23,904 nucleotides of DNA from Pseudobacteriovorax sp. (GTDB lineage Bacteria > Bdellovibrionota_B > Oligoflexia > Oligoflexales > Oligoflexaceae). Location of the stretch: the NCBI GenBank assembly GCA_050293845.1, contig JBNKNM010000074.1, positions 1-23,904 of the forward strand, read 5' to 3'. Both the position numbers and the translations under genes were made by a program. The notes beneath the pieces were generated by a model. The model saw only the letters and a list, made by a program, of their open reading frames with translations, did not search any database and had not been told where the DNA came from. Shown here one piece after another: positions 8,685-18,278 of this stretch; within the stretch, counting starts at the first letter, position 1; every line of letters starts with the position of its first letter.

Positions 8685-10204
8685 ATAAAAAACTTTTGCA
8701 ACTTTCGCTATGGGTTTTGTTTCTTACTAATGCTTGTTCGCAAGAAAAAAAACTTGTCCTAGAAAATGTCAGGAAATCAATTTTTAAAATCAATGTGATT
8801 TCTACGTCACCTAAATTTGGTCAACCATGGCTATACCATACGAAGTCGTCTTCTTCAGGGTCGGGTTTTTATATTGGCAATAATCGCATTCTAACCAATG
8901 CCCATGTAGTTTCTCATGGTAAGTATATTGGGGTACAAAAAGATGGTGATGATAAGCCGATGAGCGCTCGCGTAGAATTTATCGCCCACGACTGTGATTT
9001 AGCAATACTACAGGTAGACGAACCAGATGAGTATTTCAGAAATAGTGTGCCTCTCAAATTTGGTCAGTTACCCCATCTAAGGAATCATGTTGCCACTATC
9101 GGATATCCCAGGGGAGGAGAGCAGATTTCTATTACCGAGGGGGTTGTTTCTCGCGTAAGCTTTAGACGTTACGCTCATACAGGCTATGACTATCATCTTT
9201 TAGTACAGGTAGATTCTGCCATAAATCCAGGTAATAGTGGTGGTCCTGTAATGCTTGACGATAAAGTCGTTGGAGTCGCCTTTCAAGCCCACACTAGGGC
9301 TGAAAATACCGGGTACATTATTCCCACTCCCGTGGTGAATCGATTTCTCAAGGATGTTGCAGATGGAACTTATGATGGCCACCCGGAGGATGGCCTGCTC
9401 ATTATGGAAAAGAGTATGGAAAACGAAGGTACCTTAAAGTACTTTGGCCTAGACGTTGCGCAAGGGGTAAAAGTTTCATTTGTGGCAGAGTATGCAGCAT
9501 TTCATGGTATTTTAAAAAAAGATGACATCCTGTTAAAAATTGGTCCTTACAATATTGGTATCGATGGCAAAATCAACTTTCAGGATGAGCGAATTAATTT
9601 TAAAGTGATATATGACTTAGCTCAAGTAGGTGACAAAATTAGTTTCGAAGTTTGGCGCGATCGTCAAATTTTACCAGTAGAGGTCACCATGAAAAAAATA
9701 AGTTCTCATTACAAGCCTTCCAATATATATACATTAAAACCTCGATACCTGATATTTGGTGGCCTGATTTTTACTTCTTTGAGTCGAAATTATTTAAAAA
9801 TCTGGGGTTCAAGATGGTATCAAAATGCCCCCCTAGAAATGAGATACATCCATAATTTCAATTTTATTGAAGAACGCTATAGAAACAGTCGTGATATTAT
9901 TATTCTATCTGAAGTCCTACCAAGCGAAGTAAATATTACAGCAGGTGACTTCAAGGAAAGGATCGTAGATCGCGTAAATGGTACAACGATAGAAAGTTTG
10001 GAACAACTGGAGCAAGTTCTTATTCAGAAAACGGAAAGAAATTTTCTTGAGATTAATTTTTGGAATAGTTGGACTCCTTTGGTCCTTGAACACGCAAAGC
10101 TAGTTGATCAGCACGATGAGCTATTAACAAGATTTAGCGTGCAGCCTTCTAAGTGGTTAGGAAATTATCTTGATGATGGAGCTATTGCAGGAAAACCTTT
10201 ATGA
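8681..10204 (+). CDS. HtrA/Deg-type serine protease with PDZ domains (plant Deg2/Deg9-like), probable lipoprotein, intact triad
   Basis: GSGF, LTNAHVV (His), HDCDLAIL (Asp), AINPGNSGGPV (Ser); C-terminal YLIFGGLIFTSLSRNYL; lipobox LTNA-C; ATGA overlap with the upstream gene. Confidence 0.92.
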   Translation: MNKKLLQLSLWVLFLTNACSQEKKLVLENVRKSIFKINVISTSPKFGQPWLYHTKSSSSGSGFYIGNNRILTNAHVVSHGKYIGVQKDGDDKPMSARVEFIAHDCDLAILQVDEPDEYFRNSVPLKFGQLPHLRNHVATIGYPRGGEQISITEGVVSRVSFRRYAHTGYDYHLLVQVDSAINPGNSGGPVMLDDKVVGVAFQAHTRAENTGYIIPTPVVNRFLKDVADGTYDGHPEDGLLIMEKSMENEGTLKYFGLDVAQGVKVSFVAEYAAFHGILKKDDILLKIGPYNIGIDGKINFQDERINFKVIYDLAQVGDKISFEVWRDRQILPVEVTMKKISSHYKPSNIYTLKPRYLIFGGLIFTSLSRNYLKIWGSRWYQNAPLEMRYIHNFNFIEERYRNSRDIIILSEVLPSEVNITAGDFKERIVDRVNGTTIESLEQLEQVLIQKTERNFLEINFWNSWTPLVLEHAKLVDQHDELLTRFSVQPSKWLGNYLDDGAIAGKPL

Positions 10205-11610
10205 ATAGATTATTGTTTGTTATTCTTGCCGTTGTTATCGCTAGTCAAAGCTACAGCCAGAATAAGTCTATGGTCCAGGTTAACTCTTATATCCAACGTA
10301 TTGATGAATATGCCCCCTGGAAACGATTATCCATCGATAAAGAAACTTTCTCGGCAGTAGCTGTAGAGCCACAAAAATTGCTGGTTTCTGCTAGTGTTGT
10401 TAGGTTTGCAAAGTATCTTGAACTGAGTACCATAACAGGGTCCCAACGTATACCTCTGCATGTGGATTTTGTCGATTATAGTGCGCAGTTAGCTCTATTA
10501 ACTTTTCAGGGAGACTTCAAACTGCAGCCTATAGAGATTGGTGAAAATATTAAGGTCAATACTCGGGTCAAATTTAAGGTTATCAAGAATCGTCGTATTA
10601 TTGACCTCAATACTCGGGTCAGGGAAATACGTACCATGAAATCAGCCACGGCTAACTATAACCTACCTACGTATGTTACAGAAATTAAGCAAAGTGGCCT
10701 TGGTTTTTCTGATCCTGTTTTTTATAAAAATAAGTTAACTGCTTTTGCGGTGAGGCGCGCAAATAATATCGTTTTTTCTTTGCCTAGTAGTCTTATTAAA
10801 AAGTTCATTATCAATGCAAAAGAGAAAAAAAAAGGATTTGTAAGAATTGGATTTAGTTATGAAAAATTAACTTCTAGGGAATTGCGGGCGTTTGTTGGTG
10901 CTAAGGATGATTTACAAGGAGTTTTGGTGACAAGGGTGAGTCAAAATTCACCATTCTATGGGAAACTGCGAAAAGGTGACATCCTCACACAGGTGGGAAG
11001 CTATACTATTGATGATCAGGGATTCACGCAAGTTCCACAATGGGGAAAGATTCCCCTTACCGGACTTTTATATCGGTTTTCCGCCCATGAAGACCTCGTT
11101 CTAACAGTTGTACGAAAAGGACAAACCATTTCCTTATCAGCAAAACCAGTACCCTTTACTCCCCGACAGGACGCGATTCCCTACCTGGCAGACCAGGCAA
11201 GAAAATTTACAATTTTTGGCGGGTTTGTTTTTATTGAACTGACCCAAAATTATTTGATGGCTTGGGGTAAAAATTGGACCCAAGAAGCACCATTATTTTT
11301 GTTATACCGATTCTTCTTTAAAAATTTCCTGCATGAAGATCGTTCGGTTCTTCTTTCCAAGGTGCTCGCCGATGAATATAATCGCGGCTACACTGATTTA
11401 AAAAATGATATTGTGTTATCGGTCGATAATAAACCAATACATACCATTGACGATTTGAAGTTGCAATTAAAGCAGGCTGGAGAGTTTATCCGTATTTCCT
11501 TAGGACCTGTACCAACAGAAGTTATTATGTCCCGTAATGGAAATGTAGAAGCAAATAAGCGTATTGCGAAAGCCTATTCAATTGCAGAAAGGCATTTTAT
11601 AGCGAATTAA
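10201..11610 (+). CDS. Secreted Deg/HtrA paralog with PDZ domains, predicted catalytically inactive
   Basis: Colinear with the upstream protease (PW motif, LRKGDIL, FTIFGGFVFIELTQNYL..WG.NW...AP, LSKVLADEYNRGY), but the triad regions read LVSASVV, SAQLALL and SGLGFSDPV. Signal peptide present; ATGA overlap. Confidence 0.8.
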   Translation: MNRLLFVILAVVIASQSYSQNKSMVQVNSYIQRIDEYAPWKRLSIDKETFSAVAVEPQKLLVSASVVRFAKYLELSTITGSQRIPLHVDFVDYSAQLALLTFQGDFKLQPIEIGENIKVNTRVKFKVIKNRRIIDLNTRVREIRTMKSATANYNLPTYVTEIKQSGLGFSDPVFYKNKLTAFAVRRANNIVFSLPSSLIKKFIINAKEKKKGFVRIGFSYEKLTSRELRAFVGAKDDLQGVLVTRVSQNSPFYGKLRKGDILTQVGSYTIDDQGFTQVPQWGKIPLTGLLYRFSAHEDLVLTVVRKGQTISLSAKPVPFTPRQDAIPYLADQARKFTIFGGFVFIELTQNYLMAWGKNWTQEAPLFLLYRFFFKNFLHEDRSVLLSKVLADEYNRGYTDLKNDIVLSVDNKPIHTIDDLKLQLKQAGEFIRISLGPVPTEVIMSRNGNVEANKRIAKAYSIAERHFIAN

Positions 11611-11620
11611 TTAAAAAAGA

Positions 11621-14128
11621 TTAAGACGCTTCTTCAGAAAGAGGATTTTGATTCATTAGAATCCTCCATCGTAATGAAAGGGAATGGACAATAGCTCGAC
11701 TAGATGAGTATTTTTCATATAAGTGACTAAAATAAAATTGTAGAGAATCTAAGGTGTCTTTGGTCAAAAGAATATCAAATTTGAGGTTGCCCTCAAGGAA
11801 TATTTTTCCATCAATTAAAAAACAAAAACTTTCTGGGTTAGCTTCACAAGCGATAAGAAAATTTACGATGTTATTTAAGGTTTTTGTGATAATAAGAATG
11901 TTATCTTCATCAAGCTCCTGGCAAACGTTGAAATAGGCCTCAGCCACTTTGATGGGGAGTATGTGAAGCCGCTTTGGCACTAAAGTTGTAGCTGCTAGAT
12001 TGATGCAATCGAGTAGGTCTATAAGGTCATCTTTACTATAATTTTTTGCTGCGGTACTACCAAGTAATAACCAAGCTTCGATAAAACGCGGTGAATTTTG
12101 GTTTGTGATAGCCTTTTTGATGATTTGAGGCTTTCTAATTCTAATCTTTTCCAAATGAGCGGTATGTATTTCTTGACTGGGATACCCAATACGGTTGACA
12201 GTACTAACAAATTCCTTGAGGATTTTGTTGGAAATACTATTTTGTGACTGAGCATTGCTATATTTTCTGAAAGCTTTAACTAGTATTTGCAAGGCTAAAT
12301 CTTTTTCTTTAAACCCGCTCCAGGGGTAATTATTAACAAGGGAAATGATGTCGCTAAATCCCTTTAAATCACTTGTATTGTGAATTTCCATATCGATGAT
12401 ATTGAGCATACGGCGCGAATCAATACTAGGCTCATAGTATTTTAGAGTTTTACGAATTTCTTCCAAATTAAAATATTTTTGCATCCGTGGAATCATTTGC
12501 TCAAACTTGATTAGAAATATGACCCCATCTATAGAGTCTTTATTCTGTGATGAAATATTTAGAGGCCAGGCTTCTATGGTATTAGCTAAATAAGGTGCTT
12601 CTAATAGTATGCGTTCTCGTGCTTTTTCTCCTATCCAAATGAAGTTACCCATTAATTTATGTTGTTCTAAAACAGAAATGATTTTCTGTCGATCTCGTAA
12701 CCGCAGATTATCTATGCTAACTTCGTAATTGGTTCTGTTTGAGGTACTTGTCATATGTTGGTCGAGCCAATCGAAGTCAAGGTGAAAGAACCATCTTATT
12801 TTACTAAATGTGCTTTCAATATGATTTTCGGTAATTTTGGAAGATAGATCGGGATCGAGGATAGGCAAGAGACTGACAATATTTTTTAACCGGTTTTCGA
12901 CCATTGGTATGCCATCAATATAAACCGCGGCAAACATCAATAAAACATCAATACAAGACCTTGTAGAATTTTCCGGATCTATAGCTCCATAGATTTGATT
13001 TGAAACAATCTGGTTATCAATTAGTTTTTCCTTAAGAATATCGTATACCATAGATTCTATCTGATGTTTACGAATTCTCACCATATAACTTGGTAGCACA
13101 TCTCTAGCGCTTTCTTGAGGATCATGGTCAATCATAAAGTTTGCAGTCCTCAGACCGACTGTAGTAGACCAATTCTTACGCCCTGAGTTGTAACGCTGCA
13201 TAAAACGTTTAGCCTGTGCGGAGACCAGAGTCGCGAGGCTACGACTTTGTAGACTAAATGCATTTTCAACCTGCAAAATGTAAATGGTAAGGAAAAAAAG
13301 TGGGATGAAAGTTGGGTTGAACTGAGATAATGGGATATGAGGCTCATGATTTGTTGTCAGAATACTTGAATTGAAGGTAGTAAGAAGCAGATAATTTCCA
13401 CTCAGGAAGATTACAGCAGAAAGGCCAGTGATCGTATAAAAACTAATTAAATAGATAGAATTTTCACGGTTAATAGCAAAGCGTTTTTGAATGGATTGTT
13501 TAAAATCATGGGGACTCAACCGGGTTGAAGGTACTAAAAAGCTGATGAGGAAAATAGAAATAAAGTTGCTAGCAACCACTCCATGAATATAAGTGCCTAG
13601 AATAACCAGTGATTCTTCAAAACCTCCTACCCGAAGATTTGGTGAGGTCGCTAAGCCCAAAGTGAAAAGTATCACACAGTTAACGGCTCCCATAGTGCGC
13701 GGCCAGTGCCCTGAAATTTTTACTAAGGCAAAAACGATTTGGGTTAAGCTGAAAATGATAGCGCTATTAGCAATCAGGCTAATCCCAAAAAAAACTATGG
13801 GGTTATAATCATATTGATAATTGACTATTTCAAATAGTGCTAGAATAAATGAAAGAGAACTAATTAGAAATGTGTGGTCAATGATGTTGTTGTTTTCCGG
13901 CTTCGACGAATTTGTAACGATAGCGACAAATGTGCTTGCTAGTAATGCAAAAGCAAGGAGTGCAAATGCCATAGTGGTGGCAATGGGTACAGCTTCCTGG
14001 TTAGAATTCAGATCTTGCTTTGCTACCAGTATGACGCCACAGAATAAGAACAGGAATACACTAAACAAAATAGCTTTTGTTCCACTATTTTGAGGCAAGT
14101 ATTGGAGGTCATGACTTGGATTCATCAT
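11621..14128 (-). CDS. Large multi-pass membrane protein with long cytoplasmic region (possible degenerate class III nucleotide cyclase domain)
   Basis: About 8 hydrophobic segments in the N-terminal ~300 aa, then ~540 soluble aa. Start placed at ATG 14128, just after the kinase stop (ORF track 14185 overlaps the kinase). Confidence 0.7.
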   Translation of the reverse strand: MMNPSHDLQYLPQNSGTKAILFSVFLFLFCGVILVAKQDLNSNQEAVPIATTMAFALLAFALLASTFVAIVTNSSKPENNNIIDHTFLISSLSFILALFEIVNYQYDYNPIVFFGISLIANSAIIFSLTQIVFALVKISGHWPRTMGAVNCVILFTLGLATSPNLRVGGFEESLVILGTYIHGVVASNFISIFLISFLVPSTRLSPHDFKQSIQKRFAINRENSIYLISFYTITGLSAVIFLSGNYLLLTTFNSSILTTNHEPHIPLSQFNPTFIPLFFLTIYILQVENAFSLQSRSLATLVSAQAKRFMQRYNSGRKNWSTTVGLRTANFMIDHDPQESARDVLPSYMVRIRKHQIESMVYDILKEKLIDNQIVSNQIYGAIDPENSTRSCIDVLLMFAAVYIDGIPMVENRLKNIVSLLPILDPDLSSKITENHIESTFSKIRWFFHLDFDWLDQHMTSTSNRTNYEVSIDNLRLRDRQKIISVLEQHKLMGNFIWIGEKARERILLEAPYLANTIEAWPLNISSQNKDSIDGVIFLIKFEQMIPRMQKYFNLEEIRKTLKYYEPSIDSRRMLNIIDMEIHNTSDLKGFSDIISLVNNYPWSGFKEKDLALQILVKAFRKYSNAQSQNSISNKILKEFVSTVNRIGYPSQEIHTAHLEKIRIRKPQIIKKAITNQNSPRFIEAWLLLGSTAAKNYSKDDLIDLLDCINLAATTLVPKRLHILPIKVAEAYFNVCQELDEDNILIITKTLNNIVNFLIACEANPESFCFLIDGKIFLEGNLKFDILLTKDTLDSLQFYFSHLYEKYSSSRAIVHSLSLRWRILMNQNPLSEEAS

Positions 14129-14133
14129 ATGTG

Positions 14134-15252
14134 TTATGCAGTCCTGGATTTGTTTGCTGTAATGGGTAGAATCACGCGAAAGCAACTGCCACAGTCTACT
14201 TCACTCTCTACTTCAATCTTACCTTTCATATCTTCTGCGATGCCATGACATATTGAAAGTCCTAAGCCAGTGCCCTTGCCTTCTTCTTTTGAAGTATAGA
14301 AGGGATCAAAAATCCTGTCGATTTCATCTGCAGGGATGCCAAAGCCTGTATCTTCAATCTCGATAATGGCATAGCCATTGGTAACTTTGGCTCTTGTAAT
14401 TAAAGTGCCACCATCGGGCATAGCATGAAAAGCATTCTGAATCAGGTTGAGGAATATTTGGATAGCTTTGTTACGATTTCCCATAACAAATAAGTGATCA
14501 ACATGGTACTCCTCTGCAATTTCAATATCTTTGGCTCCATCAGCTACCGATGCAAATTTAATAGCCGATTTCAAACAGGGTAAAAGGTCTACAGAGACCA
14601 GTTTATCTTCATGAATTTCAGGTTGCTGTCGGGCAAAATCGAGGAGGTTTTCGACAATGGACTTGCAGCGTTGGGTTGCGCTTTCAATTTCTTTAACATC
14701 TTCAAAATGAGGATCTTTAGGATCAATTTCCTTCAGTAGCATCTGGGAGAAAACTAGTATTCCCCCAAGTGGATTGTTGATCTCATGGGCAATTCCACCA
14801 GCCAGAAGCCCAATGGATGCAAGTTTTTCACTTTGCAGAAGTTGCTTTTCAAGCTGTTTAGCAAGGGTTCTGTCTCTGTATATTTGCAAAACACCATCGA
14901 TTTTGCCTTCTTTGTTATGGATAGGTTGGGAAGAAACTTCATGGAATTTTCCGTGACACACACCATCCAGTTCGAATCGATTGGGTTGATCGCTGTCGAG
15001 AGTTTGTTGCATTAAACAGCCAGGGCAAGGGGTTGCGCGTTTGGCAAAGACTTCATAGCACTTGCTACCGATCAGACTACGGAAGTCGCGATTTGAATGT
15101 TGCGCTAGGGCTTTGTTGGTTTGCTGAATATTATATTCCCGATCAATGATCATAATGGGGTCAACTATGGCATCAACAGTAGCCATCCATCGCCTTTTAA
15201 GAGCTTCAACAAAGTGGATGGTCTCTTCAGTTGATTTAAATTTCTTCGTCAT
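14134..15252 (-). CDS. Cytoplasmic PAS-domain sensor histidine kinase (NtrB-like HisKA + HATPase)
   Basis: PAS region (DAIVDPIMIIDREYNIQQTN..KCYEVF..PCPGC), QSEKLASIGLLAGGIAHEINNPL H-box, QIFLNLIQNA N-box, DTGFGI, FDPFYTSK, GTGLGLSI. Confidence 0.95.
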   Translation of the reverse strand: MTKKFKSTEETIHFVEALKRRWMATVDAIVDPIMIIDREYNIQQTNKALAQHSNRDFRSLIGSKCYEVFAKRATPCPGCLMQQTLDSDQPNRFELDGVCHGKFHEVSSQPIHNKEGKIDGVLQIYRDRTLAKQLEKQLLQSEKLASIGLLAGGIAHEINNPLGGILVFSQMLLKEIDPKDPHFEDVKEIESATQRCKSIVENLLDFARQQPEIHEDKLVSVDLLPCLKSAIKFASVADGAKDIEIAEEYHVDHLFVMGNRNKAIQIFLNLIQNAFHAMPDGGTLITRAKVTNGYAIIEIEDTGFGIPADEIDRIFDPFYTSKEEGKGTGLGLSICHGIAEDMKGKIEVESEVDCGSCFRVILPITANKSRTA

Positions 15253-15472
15253 AATAAGTCCCTTTTAGGCAAGGTAGAGCCTGGATGTAGAAAATGGCCA
15301 CTACTCAGGGATCAACTTCGGCATAAAAATCATCCTGATTAACTACTGATGATTAGTTCTGTATCCTACCTCTACGAGCAGCATCGTGTACTTGCACACA
15401 TCACTATCAAAGCATTTACGGAAATACCCTATCCGAAATTTTCAGATTCTGGGTATATGGCTGCAAGATGTA

Positions 15473-15499
15473 TTTTCGGCAGTCTTGGTGACAGGTTTA
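15473..15499 (-). promoter_or_regulatory. Putative sigma28 (FliA-type) promoter upstream of the kinase
   Basis: Minus strand TAAA-N15-GCCGAAAA versus consensus TAAA-N15-GCCGATAA, just downstream of the lon terminator. Confidence 0.55.
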
Positions 15500-15519
15500 A
15501 GGAAATTATTGATGGAAAG

Positions 15520-15552
15520 AAAAAAAGCCAAGGATATGAATCCATTGGCTTT
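15520..15552 (-). terminator. Rho-independent terminator of lon
   Basis: Minus strand AAAGCCAA(T)GGAT-TCAT-ATCCTTGGCTTT followed by more T residues, about 22 nt after the lon stop. Confidence 0.85.
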
Positions 15553-15574
15553 AGTATTACAAGATAGCAGTCTA

Positions 15575-18076
15575 TCAGTGGGCAAAGGCCAGATCTCCGA
15601 TTTCAGCCTCGGTAACCTTCTTAAGCCTCTCAAATAGTTCGTCTTGAACCTCAGTACTTGCATCCGGATGCTTCCATACTAAGGCATGCATCAGAACATT
15701 ATCCATGTGTTCGACAGGAACAATAGTAATTTCTTTTAGGATGTTTTTAGGGACATCAATGAGATCCTTTTCATTTTCAGCAGGTATAATCACTTTTTTG
15801 ATACCACCCCGGTGAGCCGCTAGTAATTTTTCTTTTAAGCCGCCAATGGGGAGAACTCTGCCCCTTAGGGTGATTTCACCTGTCATTGCGACATCTTTGC
15901 TGACAGGTCTGATTGTTAGAGCGCTTGTTAGTGCTGTGGCCATAGTAATACCTGCGCTAGGTCCATCCTTCGGAATAGCACCTTCGGGAACGTGAATATG
16001 AATATCTACTTTTGTATAGAACTCTTCCTGAATATCAAGAAATACAGCCCGTGATCGAACGTAGGATAAGGCTGCCTGTGCCGATTCTTGCATAACTTCA
16101 CCCAGCTTACCCGTGATGGTTAGCTTACCCTTTCCTGGAATGATAGCTACTTCAGTGACTAGTAAATCGCCACCCACCTGAGTCCAGGCCATCCCAGTAC
16201 AAAGCCCGACCTCATGGATAGTGCTTTGGAGGCCAATTCTGAATCTACGGGGACCAAGGTATTTGTTTATGGACTTTTCTGAGATTTTTTCAGCAATATC
16301 ACCGGCCTTGAGCTCAATGCGGGTTCTAAGAGGGGTTTTTTTGTCATCCTTTTGGGTTTCTTCAATTTTCTTTAAGTGCTTCCGTGCCAGCTTTCTAAAC
16401 ACGGTGGCAATTTCTCTCTCTAGACTTCTCACCCCAGACTCGCGGGTGTAATAACGTACGATTTCTTTGATAGCTTTGGGAGAAAAGTGAATATCTTGTC
16501 CATCTAATCCATTTTCTTTTAATTGCTTTGGGATCAGGTATTGATTGGAAATAGAGAGCTTTTCGTCCTCAATATAACCAGCGAGTGAAATAATCTCCAT
16601 ACGGTCCAAGAGAGGGGCCGGGATGGAATGCAGTGAGTTCGCAGTTGCTAAGAATAACACCTTGGAAAGATCATAGTCCAAATCGAGATAGTGATCGACA
16701 AAGCAGGAATTCTGCTCCGGATCAAGAACTTCTAACAATGCTGACGAAGGGTCACCCCGGAAGTCCTGACTGATTTTATCGATCTCATCGAGAAGTAGAA
16801 CAGGATTGGATTTACCGGCTTTACGTAATGCTAGAATGATTTTACCTGGCATGGAGCCGATATATGTTCTGCGATGCCCCCGAATTTCAGCTTCATCGCG
16901 GACACCTCCCAATGATACCCGTACAAATTCACGTCCGGTGGCTGCAGCTACACTTCTCGCTAGGGAAGTTTTGCCAACACCAGGGGGTCCCACTAAGCAT
17001 AAGATGGGGCCCTTTAGATGATTAACGAGTCCGCGGATGGATAGATATTCGAGAATACGATCCTTGACTTTATGTAGGCCAAAATGATCTTTATTAAGAA
17101 CATCTTCGGCATATATGGTATCGCGGATTTCATCAGAATATTCTTCCCAAGGTAGAGAAAGAATCGTATCGATATAGTTGCGTACTACAGTAGCCTCAGC
17201 AGACATAGGTGACATTTGTTTAAGCTTTTTAATCTCCTTATTTACACGCTCTTTGGCCTCCTTAGCCATTTTTTTCTTTTTCACAAGGCTTTCTAGCTCC
17301 TGCAGTTCATTACGACCATCATCGCGGTCCCCAAGTTCCTTTTGAATGGCCTGCATCTGCTCATTCAGGTAATATTCTTTCTGAGTTTTTTCCATTTGTC
17401 TTTTGACGCGTGCGCGAATTTTCTTCTCAACCCGCATAATTTCAATCTCAGATTGGATATAGCCATACAGTTCTTCTAGACGTTTGGCTGGGTCAGTCTG
17501 TTCCAGTAGTCGCTGTTTGTCTTGAAGCTTTAAATTGTTAAGATGAGCGACTAGGGTATCGGCTAGCTTTGACTCATCGTCCATGGAAGCAATGGAAAGT
17601 AGCATTTCCGGTGGAATACGCTTATTAAGTCTTACGTAATTATCAAAAGACATCTTTACTGTCCGCAGCAGAGCTTCATTTTCCACTCCGGAGCTAGAGG
17701 TTTCTGGAAGTTCCTCTGCTTCTACGAAGAAAAACTCATCGGTTTGGATAAAATCGTTAATACGGGCTCGTCTTTGACCTTCCACCAATACCTTAACGGT
17801 GCCATCTGGAAGGCGCAGAAGCTGTAAAATTGTAGAGATCGTCCCCACGCGATAGATATCATCCGGCGATGGCTCATTGGTCTTTGCCTTAATCTGGGCT
17901 GCAAGGAATATTTCCTTATTGGCCGCCATGGCCTGTTCTAAAGCCTGGATTGATTTCTCGCGGCCAACAAATAGTGGTACTACAGTTGACGGAAAAACTA
18001 ATATATCCCGTAACGGGAGAAGGGGAATGCGAACAACAGCAGCATTGGAAACGGGGTTACTTAAATCACCCGGCAT
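15575..18076 (-). CDS. lon: ATP-dependent Lon protease
   Basis: PLLPLRD N-domain, Walker [25 protein letters not shown] (Ser), IGGLKEK (Lys). GAGGAGG SD supports ATG 18076 rather than 18109. Confidence 0.98.
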   Translation of the reverse strand: MPGDLSNPVSNAAVVRIPLLPLRDILVFPSTVVPLFVGREKSIQALEQAMAANKEIFLAAQIKAKTNEPSPDDIYRVGTISTILQLLRLPDGTVKVLVEGQRRARINDFIQTDEFFFVEAEELPETSSSGVENEALLRTVKMSFDNYVRLNKRIPPEMLLSIASMDDESKLADTLVAHLNNLKLQDKQRLLEQTDPAKRLEELYGYIQSEIEIMRVEKKIRARVKRQMEKTQKEYYLNEQMQAIQKELGDRDDGRNELQELESLVKKKKMAKEAKERVNKEIKKLKQMSPMSAEATVVRNYIDTILSLPWEEYSDEIRDTIYAEDVLNKDHFGLHKVKDRILEYLSIRGLVNHLKGPILCLVGPPGVGKTSLARSVAAATGREFVRVSLGGVRDEAEIRGHRRTYIGSMPGKIILALRKAGKSNPVLLLDEIDKISQDFRGDPSSALLEVLDPEQNSCFVDHYLDLDYDLSKVLFLATANSLHSIPAPLLDRMEIISLAGYIEDEKLSISNQYLIPKQLKENGLDGQDIHFSPKAIKEIVRYYTRESGVRSLEREIATVFRKLARKHLKKIEETQKDDKKTPLRTRIELKAGDIAEKISEKSINKYLGPRRFRIGLQSTIHEVGLCTGMAWTQVGGDLLVTEVAIIPGKGKLTITGKLGEVMQESAQAALSYVRSRAVFLDIQEEFYTKVDIHIHVPEGAIPKDGPSAGITMATALTSALTIRPVSKDVAMTGEITLRGRVLPIGGLKEKLLAAHRGGIKKVIIPAENEKDLIDVPKNILKEITIVPVEHMDNVLMHALVWKHPDASTEVQDELFERLKKVTEAEIGDLAFAH

Positions 18077-18221
18077 AGAGTAACGCCTCCTCGCAAGATA
18101 TGTCGACACTACATCGGTTGATGCATAATTAGAGCGACAGTTTTCATGTTCATGGTCTATTATTAGTGTATCTTAAGAATATGGGGGAAAACAGTCCTTT
18201 TAATGACAAAGTGTCGAAACT

Positions 18222-18252
18222 AAAAAAGGACCTTCATTGCGGGAAGATCCTT
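18222..18252 (-). terminator. Rho-independent terminator of clpX
   Basis: Minus strand AAGGATCTTC-CCGCAAT-GAAGGTCCTT-TTTT. Confidence 0.8.
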
Positions 18253-18278
18253 ATAGATAGTATGTGTTGGCAATTCTG

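Noticed and set aside
10556..10621. 15-bp direct repeat TCAATACTCGGGTCA, two copies 51 bp apart
   Set aside because: Only two copies, in frame inside a CDS (NTRV twice); not a CRISPR array or att pair, and no cas or integrase genes are present.
15349..15663. Three short ORFs between the kinase and lon
   Set aside because: They overlap the lon terminator, lon 3' end and promoter-like motifs; no recognisable domains.
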